The notes under the pieces were generated by a model. That model did not search any database, had not been told where the DNA came from, and saw only the letters and a program-made list of their open reading frames with translations. Made by a program: the position numbers and the translations under genes. Shown here piece by piece: positions 7,563-14,763 of a DNA stretch of 32,000 nucleotides. This DNA is from Phycisphaera mikurensis NBRC 102666 (GTDB taxonomy: Bacteria > Planctomycetota > Phycisphaerae > Phycisphaerales > Phycisphaeraceae). The stretch lies in NCBI RefSeq assembly GCF_000284115.1, contig NC_017080.1, positions 1,650,001-1,682,000 of the forward strand, in the 5' to 3' direction. The first letter of the stretch is position 1. Each line of letters opens with the position of its first letter.

Positions 7563-8171
7563 TCAACGCTTCGAGAACTGGAAGCGCTTGCGGGCCCCGG
7601 CCTGGCCGTACTTCTTCCGCTCGACCTTGCGCGAGTCGCGGGTGAGCAGCTCGGCGTCGCGGAGCGTCTGCTCCAGCGTCGGGTCGTAGCCCTTGAGCGC
7701 ACGGGCCACGCCGAGGAGCACGGCCTCGGCCTGCCCGGTGATGCCGCCGCCCTGGACGTTGACGTAGATGTCGAGCTTGCCCGTCATGCCGGTGGCCTCC
7801 TGCGGCTTGCGGCATGCGATGCGGTGCTGGGGCTCGGAGAAGAACTCGTCGATGCTCTTGTTCTTCGCTTTCGTCGAGCTGATGACGAACTCGCCCCCGC
7901 CCTCGCCCTCGTTCTTGGTGGGGCGGACGCGGACGCGGGCGACCGCGGTCTTCCGGCGGCCGGTGCCCCACACGAAGCCGCCGGCGTCGCGGCGGGCGGG
8001 CTCGGCCAGCGGACGCGGGGCGGCGGCGGGCGCCTCCTCGGCCACGGGGTTGGGGTCGCCCAGCGCGAGCGTGGTGGGCGCCACGGCCGCTGCGGGCTCG
8101 GCGATGGCGGTCGCGCCGGCTTCGTCGCCGGCGGCTCCCGCGGTCAGGTCGTTGTCGGCGTCGTCAGCCAT
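7563..8171 (-). CDS. rpsI: 30S ribosomal protein S9 with a low-complexity N-terminal extension
   Basis: The C-terminal 130 aa are canonical S9 (GTGRRKTAVARVRV...GGGITGQAEA...TRDSRKVERKKYGQAGARKRFQFSKR). The first ~70 aa are Ala/Pro/Glu-rich. Confidence 0.9.
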   Translation of the reverse strand: MADDADNDLTAGAAGDEAGATAIAEPAAAVAPTTLALGDPNPVAEEAPAAAPRPLAEPARRDAGGFVWGTGRRKTAVARVRVRPTKNEGEGGGEFVISSTKAKNKSIDEFFSEPQHRIACRKPQEATGMTGKLDIYVNVQGGGITGQAEAVLLGVARALKGYDPTLEQTLRDAELLTRDSRKVERKKYGQAGARKRFQFSKR

Positions 8172-8300
8172 GTCGCAAGGGTCTCAAGCGGCCGCTCCGC
8201 GGGCCGGGCGTGGAGGTGGCCGAGGAGAGCCTCCGGGAATCGGCCGCTGCGTTCCGGGCGTCAGGCCCGCAGCTCATGAAGAAAACGGCAGCGGGCGCCA

Positions 8301-8774
8301 TCAGCTGGTCTGCAGCGCGAGCGACGCGAGGCTCACGGTGCGCGGGTTCTGGGCGGCGTGCGGGTGCTCGGCACCGGCGTACACCTTCAGCTTGCCGTAC
8401 TGGGCCACGCCGAGCTTGCTCTTGGGGAGCATGCGGCGGACGGCGGTCTCGACGAGCCGCTCGGGGTGCTTGCCATCGAGGACCTCGCGCCAGGTGGTGA
8501 TGTGCCGGCCCGAGGGGTGACCCGAGAAACGCTCGTGGAACTTGTCATCGAGCTTGGTGCCGGTGACACGCACCTTGTCGGCGTTGACGACGACGACGAA
8601 GTCGCCGACGTCCACGTGGTTCGTGTAATGAGGCTTGTCCTTGCCCTGCAGGATGAACGCAACCTTGGCGGCGAGGCGGCCGAGGACGGCGCCCTCGGCG
8701 TCGACGATGGCCCAGCCGCGTGGGAAGGTTTCTTCCTGGCCGTTGCGGCGGGCGAGGGTGGTCTGGCGGTTCAT
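8301..8774 (-). CDS. rplM: 50S ribosomal protein L13
   Basis: 157 aa from the internal ATG (MNRQTTLARR...WAIVDAEGAVLGRLAAKVAFILQGKDKPHYTNHVDVGDFVVVVNADKV). This is only the 3' end of the 1931-aa track ORF. Confidence 0.9.
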   Translation of the reverse strand: MNRQTTLARRNGQEETFPRGWAIVDAEGAVLGRLAAKVAFILQGKDKPHYTNHVDVGDFVVVVNADKVRVTGTKLDDKFHERFSGHPSGRHITTWREVLDGKHPERLVETAVRRMLPKSKLGVAQYGKLKVYAGAEHPHAAQNPRTVSLASLALQTS

Positions 8775-8860
8775 CTTCGTTTCGGGAGGTTTTGGGGGTG
8801 GGCGGTGCGGCGACGCGACCGCCGCGGCGCGACCCTTGGCCGGCCGCTGTGCGGGGCGGG

Positions 8861-8888
8861 AGTTTAAGGAGCTTCCCGCCGCTGTCAA
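8861..8888 (-). promoter_or_regulatory. Near-consensus sigma70-type promoter for rplM-rpsI
   Basis: On the minus strand: TTGACA (8888-8883), 16-nt spacer, TAAACT (8866-8861). It overlaps the stop codon of the upstream epimerase and lies about 85 nt upstream of the rplM ATG. Confidence 0.55.
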
Positions 8889-9970
8889 ACGGAGGCCGTA
8901 CGCAGCCGGAGCAGCGACGCGGCGGCCGGCTGCACGCCGTTGCCGGCGCTGGGGGGGAAGCGGAGACGGCCGGAATCGAGCGTGACGCCGGCCGCCGCGG
9001 ACGCGACGACGTCGTCGGCGAGCAGCAGGGCCCCGTCGAGGTCGGCGAAGTCGACGGCGGGCAGCAGCTGGGCCGTCGCGGAGATGCCGACGGTCGTCTC
9101 GGTCATGCAGCCGACGCCGACGCGCAGGCCCAGGTCCCGCGCCTCGGCGGCCATCCGCAACGCGGGGGTCAGGCCTCCGCACTTGGCGGGCTTGAGGTTG
9201 ACACCGTGGAAGAAGCCGGCGCAGCGGGCGACGTCGGCCTCGCCGAAGCAGGCCTCGTCGGCGATGACCGGCAGCGGGCTCTCCTCGAAGAGGCGGCGGC
9301 GCTCGGCCTCGGGCGCGTCGACCCGCAGCGGCTGCTCCAGGAACTCGACGCCCAGATCGACCAGCCGCGGGCCGGCCTCGATCGCCTGCTCCAGCGTCCA
9401 CCCGGTGTTCGCGTCGACCCGCAGCGGCGCATCGGTCTCCTCCCGCAAACGCTCCACCCGGGCGAGGTCGGCGGCGAGATCGCCCGACCCCAGCTTCACC
9501 TTGTAGACCGGGAAGCCCGGACGCTCCGCGAGCCGCGCCGCCATCGCGTCGGGTTCCGCGAGGCCGATTGTGAAGTCCGACGGCGGGTACGCCGCCTCGT
9601 CCTCGCCGAACCCGAGCATGCGGCGCGTCGTCGAGCCCGCCCGCTTGGCCCAGAGGTCGTGCGCCGCGGCGTCGAGCGCCGCGAGCGCGAAGGGCTGCTC
9701 CGCGAGGTGCGGCGCGAGCCCCGCCCACCAGCTCTCCGGGTCCAGCAGCGGCACGCCTTCGGCCACGCCACGCACGCCCTCCAGGGCCGCGATCAGCGTC
9801 GCGGTCGTCACCCCGAAGTACGGGATCCCCGCCGCCTCGCCGAAGCCGCTTAGGCCGGCCTGCTCGTCGTGCAGCTCCACCACCACGTTGCGCTGCACCG
9901 TCCGCGTCCCGTGCGCGAGCGTCCAGGGGTGGCGGAGCGGGATCTCGATGGGGTGGAGGATCAGCTTCAT
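8885..9970 (-). CDS. Dipeptide (L-Ala-D/L-Glu type) epimerase, enolase superfamily
   Basis: 361 aa. MR/MLE-family layout: capping domain, then YKVKLG...LRVDANTGW...EFLEQPL...IADEAC metal/catalytic blocks. Confidence 0.75.
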   Translation of the reverse strand: MKLILHPIEIPLRHPWTLAHGTRTVQRNVVVELHDEQAGLSGFGEAAGIPYFGVTTATLIAALEGVRGVAEGVPLLDPESWWAGLAPHLAEQPFALAALDAAAHDLWAKRAGSTTRRMLGFGEDEAAYPPSDFTIGLAEPDAMAARLAERPGFPVYKVKLGSGDLAADLARVERLREETDAPLRVDANTGWTLEQAIEAGPRLVDLGVEFLEQPLRVDAPEAERRRLFEESPLPVIADEACFGEADVARCAGFFHGVNLKPAKCGGLTPALRMAAEARDLGLRVGVGCMTETTVGISATAQLLPAVDFADLDGALLLADDVVASAAAGVTLDSGRLRFPPSAGNGVQPAAASLLRLRTASV

Positions 9971-10069
9971 GATTCGGACCGGGCCGGACGGGGCGGCCGC
10001 CCCGCAGCGAAGCAGATCCGAGGGGGTCTCGGCCCGCCGGTGGGGCTGCGCCGGCCGCCCCGGGCCGCT

Positions 10070-13000
10070 TCAGGAGACCCAGCGGCTCCGCGGCAGGAAG
10101 ACCAGCGACACGACCGCGAGGTGGAGTGCGACCGCGACCAGCATCCAGAACACCGCGGAGTCGATGAAGCCGTAGCTGTGCAGGCCCGTGCCGAGCATGT
10201 TCACGCCGAACCAGCTCCAGAGCGTCACGATGTTGCCGATCACCGCGATGGCCGCGATGCCGCGGCCCTTCACCAGACCGCCCACGCGGGCGTGCAAGAG
10301 GACCGCGGTCCAGAGCACGATCATCAGGGCGCCGTTCTCCTTCGGATCCCAGCCCCAGAAGCGGCCCCAGCTCTGGTCGGCCCAGATGCCGCCGAGGATC
10401 GTGCCGACGAAGGACAGCAGCAGCGCAAAGCCCGTGACGCCGACGATGGCGGCGGTGACGCGGCGGCGCGTCTCCGCTTTCTTGAGCAGCGGCGTGTAGA
10501 CGCCGCCGACGAGGTAGGCGATGCCGAGCACGCCGGCGACGAAGACCGCCGAGTAGCCCAAGGTGATGATCACGACGTGCGTGGCGAGCCAGAAATTGGT
10601 GTCCAGCACGGCCTGCAGCACGGCCATCGTGTCGCCGCTGTCCAGCGCCCGGGCGACCAGCAGCGTGGTGAAGCCGGTGACCGCGGCGACGGCCAGGCCG
10701 AGGCCCAGGCGGGCGATCGGCTCGAGCAGCAGGCCGAGGATGACCACGCCCCAGCCCACGAAGACGGCGGAGCTGTAGAGGTTGGTCACCGGCGGCCGCC
10801 CGGAGAGGTAGACCCGCACGCCCAGCCCCGCGGTGTGCACCACCAGGGCGGCGAGCAGCAGGACGACGGCCGCCCGGCGGAGGGCCCGCGGCCAGGCCAG
10901 CCAGCTCACCGCAACGGCGATGCCGGCCAGGACGTACAGGGCCATCGCCCGCTGGTAGGGCGCGTATTCGTTGAAGACGACCTCGGTCTCGGCCTTGGAG
11001 ACGGCGTCGGGGTGGGCGGCCCCGAGGATGCTCGCCAGCGCCTTCGCCACCTCGGCGGTCGTGCCGGGGTGGCCCCCAGCGAAGGCCTCGATGGCGACGG
11101 AGTAGGAGACGGCGACGGGGTCGGGCGGCCCGGCGGGGCCCGGGGCGGGGGCGTCGTGGAACCCAAGCGCGTGATCGGCCACGCCGTCCCCGTCGTGGTC
11201 GTGCGGGACGCCCCCGCCGGCCGCCGACCCGCCATCGCCGTGCGCCTCGGGGCCGTGGTCCGCCACGCCGTCCCCGTCGTGGTCGTGCGCGACGGCTTCG
11301 GCGTGGCGGTGCTCGTGCTGCGGGCCGACGCCCGCGGCGGCGAGCGTCAGCCAGCCGCCGTCCCGCTCGGGCTCGCCGGCGTCGAGCCTCGGCGGGACGA
11401 CCTGCTCGGTGGAGAGCGTGGCGAGGTTCTCGAAGCGGGTGAGGTGGCTCGCGAGATTCAGCACCTCCCGCTCGAACGCGTTGCGGTCGTTGGCCGCGAC
11501 GGCGTCGGCGAGCCCGACCTGCTCGGCGAGCTTCTCGCGGTGCGGCGCGACCTCGGCGTAGGAGAAGCGCTTCCGTTCGGGGTCGTAGACGCCGAGGATC
11601 GCCTTGGTCCCGGGGTGGTCGACGCGGAACACCTTCGCCGCGTCCCAGCCGTCGCGGCGGGCGAGCAGGTCGAGCAGCCAGGCGTCCGCGGCCTGCTCCA
11701 CGCCCTCGCCGTCTCGGACGGTCGAGCGGCCGCCCAGCGAGGTCAGCGTGTCCCGGGCGACGGAGTCCCAGGGCTTGATGCGGCCGCCGGAGGACACCGG
11801 CAGCGCCGCGAAACGCGCGACGGCGTCGGCTTCGGAGCCGGGCTCGGTCGCCTCGGTCCGGGGCAGCAGCACGAGCCCGGCGAGCAGGAGGGCGGCGGCG
11901 GGCACCGCCAACGCCGGCCAGCGGCGTCCCGACGGCTCGGCCGGAGCGGCTCGCTCCCGCCGCGCCCCCGCCCGCGCGCGTTCGGCGCGGTCGCGGCGGA
12001 GGTAGCCGAAGAGGCGGATCGCGAAGTGCATCGTGAGGCCCAATCCGCCGACCGTGACGGCGATGTACGGCACCGTCCAGCCCGGGTTGTCGACCACCTG
12101 CAGCACGGTCCCGCGGTCGTCGCCGCCGGCGGGCCCGGGGCGGATCCAGTTCATCTGAAACCACGTCTCGCCGGCGTACCGCAGCGGCTCGTTCATGCGG
12201 ATCAGCGCCGGCCGCTCCGTGCCTCCGGCCTCGATCAGCGTCACCTCGCTCGAGAAGTTCTTGGGCACCTGCGTGCCCGGGTAGAGGTCGTGGCGGAACT
12301 CCTCGAGGCGGACGGCGAAGTCGCGGTAGATCCGCTCGAAGCGCATCGAGACGCCCAGCTCGCCGTCGGGCGTGGCGAGCTTCTGGATGACCGGCACGTA
12401 CGGCGTCGCCGGGTCCTCCAGCCGCGTGCTGACGACGAGGCTCCCAAGCGGGGCCTCGTCGGCGGTGCTCACCAGCTCGACCACGGCGGCGGGCTCGTCC
12501 ACGCGCTGCTCGCCGGCACCGGACACCCGATCCACCTCGCCCGCGAAGAGCCGGCCGGCCCCGAGGCCGTCGGTGGCCTGCACGGGCATCGGCGGCGCCC
12601 CCTCGACCGGCGTCTCGGGCCGCGCCAGCAGGCGCGCGTTGGGCATGAAGTCGATCACGCGGAGGGCCACGCCCAGGCCCGGCAGCGGGATCGCCTCGCC
12701 GCTGCCCTCGGCTTCGGCGAGCAGGTCCTGCGGGACCGCCCAAGTCGTCACCTTCCCCGGCTCGCCCTCGACGGGCCGCGTGATCGCGATCTCGCTGGTG
12801 CGGATGTCCTGGCTCCAGGTCGTCGTCTGGCCGTCGTAGATCGGCATCTGCGACTCGTGCGCGACGGCGGCGGTGAGCCCCTCGCCGAGCAGCAGCAGGA
12901 TGAGCGAGGCGTGGACGAGCACCAGCCCGCTGCGGTTGCCGAAGAGCACCTGGCAGCCCGCGAGCAGCGGCAGCATCAGCAGCAGGCCGAGCCCGAACAG

Positions 13001-13465
13001 CGGGACGAGGCCGTGGTCCACGACGGCCGACGTCACCGGCGGGTACAGGAAGGTGATCGCGACCAACGCGACGCCGACGAGCGTCAGGGCGTAGCCCAGG
13101 GCCCGCCGGCCGGTGCCGGGCAGCACCTTGAAGCGCACGCCGTGCGCGGCGACCAGATTGATCAGCAGCAGCGCACCCAGCAGGCCGCCGCCGACGAAGG
13201 GGAACCCGCCGGGGATGGTGTTGCCGCGGGGCCCGAACAGCGACAGCGGCACCCACACCCACACGCTGCGGAAGTAGTCCTCCATCACCGCCCACAGGCC
13301 CTGCTGCGTCTGGGCGAGCGTGCCGAAGAAGATCAGCAGCGTCGTGAGCGTCATCAGCGTGACGGTGAGCTTCAGCGACGCGAGCGGGCGCAGCAGCGAC
13401 GCGGCGGTCAGCCCGCGGGCTCGCTCGCGGGTGAGCACGTTCGGGTTCGCGGTGAGCGTGGTCAT
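10070..13465 (-). CDS. ccsBA: Fused system II cytochrome c synthase CcsBA (ResB-like N-terminus plus CcsA/ResC C-terminus)
   Basis: 1131 aa from the internal ATG (MTTLTANPN). N-terminus is ResB/Ccs1-like (SLKLTVTLMTLTTLLIFFGTLAQ). C-terminus carries the WWD heme-handling motif WGRFWGWDPKENGALM with flanking His residues. Multiple TM segments. Confidence 0.85.
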   Translation of the reverse strand: MTTLTANPNVLTRERARGLTAASLLRPLASLKLTVTLMTLTTLLIFFGTLAQTQQGLWAVMEDYFRSVWVWVPLSLFGPRGNTIPGGFPFVGGGLLGALLLINLVAAHGVRFKVLPGTGRRALGYALTLVGVALVAITFLYPPVTSAVVDHGLVPLFGLGLLLMLPLLAGCQVLFGNRSGLVLVHASLILLLLGEGLTAAVAHESQMPIYDGQTTTWSQDIRTSEIAITRPVEGEPGKVTTWAVPQDLLAEAEGSGEAIPLPGLGVALRVIDFMPNARLLARPETPVEGAPPMPVQATDGLGAGRLFAGEVDRVSGAGEQRVDEPAAVVELVSTADEAPLGSLVVSTRLEDPATPYVPVIQKLATPDGELGVSMRFERIYRDFAVRLEEFRHDLYPGTQVPKNFSSEVTLIEAGGTERPALIRMNEPLRYAGETWFQMNWIRPGPAGGDDRGTVLQVVDNPGWTVPYIAVTVGGLGLTMHFAIRLFGYLRRDRAERARAGARRERAAPAEPSGRRWPALAVPAAALLLAGLVLLPRTEATEPGSEADAVARFAALPVSSGGRIKPWDSVARDTLTSLGGRSTVRDGEGVEQAADAWLLDLLARRDGWDAAKVFRVDHPGTKAILGVYDPERKRFSYAEVAPHREKLAEQVGLADAVAANDRNAFEREVLNLASHLTRFENLATLSTEQVVPPRLDAGEPERDGGWLTLAAAGVGPQHEHRHAEAVAHDHDGDGVADHGPEAHGDGGSAAGGGVPHDHDGDGVADHALGFHDAPAPGPAGPPDPVAVSYSVAIEAFAGGHPGTTAEVAKALASILGAAHPDAVSKAETEVVFNEYAPYQRAMALYVLAGIAVAVSWLAWPRALRRAAVVLLLAALVVHTAGLGVRVYLSGRPPVTNLYSSAVFVGWGVVILGLLLEPIARLGLGLAVAAVTGFTTLLVARALDSGDTMAVLQAVLDTNFWLATHVVIITLGYSAVFVAGVLGIAYLVGGVYTPLLKKAETRRRVTAAIVGVTGFALLLSFVGTILGGIWADQSWGRFWGWDPKENGALMIVLWTAVLLHARVGGLVKGRGIAAIAVIGNIVTLWSWFGVNMLGTGLHSYGFIDSAVFWMLVAVALHLAVVSLVFLPRSRWVS

Positions 13466-14139
13466 GGGGAGGGGGCGGCGGCGTCGGCGGGCGCGGCGTC
13501 GGCGGGGCGGAGCGAGGCGAGGAAGCGGTCGAGCGCTGGCGTCTCCCGCTCGATGGCGGCGGGCGTCCCCGTCGCTTTGACGTACCAGGTGGCGTCGTCG
13601 AGCACGAACCACGCGATGCGTTGCGCGGCGGGCGGCGTGGCGTCGGCGTTGGCGAGCGTGACGACCATGCCCGGCAGGCCGCCCTCGCCGGTGGGGGCGG
13701 GCGAGACGGCGGCGATAACGGCTCCGCGATCGACCGGCGGGAGCCCGAGCTGCCCGCGCCAGCGGTTGACGTTGGCGGCGATGCCGCCGGCTTGCCCGGG
13801 CACCCGGCTGATCGCGACCTCGACCTCCTCGCCGGCGCCGGTGGAGTCGCCCTTGAGCGTCGCCGTGCGGAACTGGTTGCTCTCGCCGGTGTCGCGGTAC
13901 CCCGCCGGCGTCTGCCAGTGCAGCCCGCCGCTCTCGGCCGCCGCGGCGGCGAGCGGCGGGGCGGCCGGTGGAGCCGCCGCGGGTGCGGGCACGCCGTCGG
14001 CGGGAGCCTCGTAGACGCGGACCTGCGGCGCGTCGCCGCAGCCGCCGACGAGCAGGGCAGAAGCGAGGAGCAGCCGCCGCGGACCGCGAGGACCACGGGC
14101 GGTGGGGAGCTTCGATCCGCGGGGCCACAGCATTCGCAT
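13462..14139 (-). CDS. Lipoprotein of unknown function, translationally coupled to ccsBA
   Basis: 225 aa. Signal peptide with lipobox LLVGGC, a Pro/Ala-rich linker, then a globular domain (WQTPAGY...ANVNRWRGQLGLPP...). Its TGA overlaps the ccsBA ATG (ATGA at 13462-13465). Confidence 0.6.
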   Translation of the reverse strand: MRMLWPRGSKLPTARGPRGPRRLLLASALLVGGCGDAPQVRVYEAPADGVPAPAAAPPAAPPLAAAAAESGGLHWQTPAGYRDTGESNQFRTATLKGDSTGAGEEVEVAISRVPGQAGGIAANVNRWRGQLGLPPVDRGAVIAAVSPAPTGEGGLPGMVVTLANADATPPAAQRIAWFVLDDATWYVKATGTPAAIERETPALDRFLASLRPADAAPADAAAPSP

Positions 14140-14346
14140 CGTCGGGCGGGGAGGTCCCCGGGGCGGCCGTGCCGCGCCGCCGGGCCGTCACATTAGGACG
14201 GCACCCACCGCCGGATCCGCGGACCGTGGCCGGTTCTGCCCCGCGGGGCCGACGGTCCGCGGGGGGCGGCGGTCCGCGCCGCCGCGCCCCGCCGCCCGCC
14301 ACGGCTCGGGCCTCGGAGCCCCCCGGGCGTCCACTAGCTTCGGGCC

Positions 14347-14754
14347 ATGGCAGGATCCTCGGAGCGGTGGCTGACGCTGGGGCTGATCGCGGTCGCCGGC
14401 GGTGCGGGCGCGCTCAGCCGCTACGGCTTCACGCTGGCTCTGGGCCGGCTGCACGGCGCCGAGGCGACGGTCCGGCCGCTGGCGACGCTGGGCGTCAACG
14501 CGACCGGCTGCCTCGCCTTCGGCTTCTTCTGGGCCGCCGCCGCCGGCCGCGGCGACGCGTGGTCGATCGGCCGGGTCGCCGTGCTGACCGGCTTCCTGGG
14601 CGCCTTCACCACCTTCTCGACCTTCGGCTTCGAGGTGGCCTCGCTGCTGCGGGCCGGGCGTCCCGCAGCAGCCCTCGCGGTCGTGGCCGCCCAGAACGCG
14701 ATCGGCATCGCCATGGCGTGGGCGGGGATCTGGCTGGGTACCCGGGCGATCTGA
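14347..14754 (+). CDS. crcB: Fluoride channel CrcB/FluC
   Basis: 135 aa with four TM segments. Family motifs GGAGALSRY and GFLGAFTTFSTF. Confidence 0.88.
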   Translation: MAGSSERWLTLGLIAVAGGAGALSRYGFTLALGRLHGAEATVRPLATLGVNATGCLAFGFFWAAAAGRGDAWSIGRVAVLTGFLGAFTTFSTFGFEVASLLRAGRPAAALAVVAAQNAIGIAMAWAGIWLGTRAI

Positions 14755-14763
14755 AGCGGTCGC

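Noticed and set aside
5686-7702. ORFs antisense to or out of frame with gnd (5686..7689 plus, 5900..7702 minus)
   Set aside because: gnd in its own frame has an unmistakable conserved sequence. The alternatives are low-complexity, Arg-rich high-GC artefacts.
8301-14302. Giant ORFs of 1931 aa (8301..14096 minus), 1381 aa (9869..14014 plus) and 1410 aa (10070..14302 minus) taken as single genes
   Set aside because: Outside the rplM, ccsBA and lipoprotein segments their translations are Arg/Ala/Gly/Pro-rich low-complexity strings typical of off-frame or antisense reading of high-GC genes. Only the portions from the internal starts were kept.
14140-14346. Fluoride (crcB-motif) riboswitch upstream of crcB
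   Set aside because: I looked for the conserved GGNGAUGG ... AACCGCC ... CUAAUGAUGCCUAC-type core and found none in the 207-bp leader. A covariance-model scan (Rfam RF01734) would be decisive.
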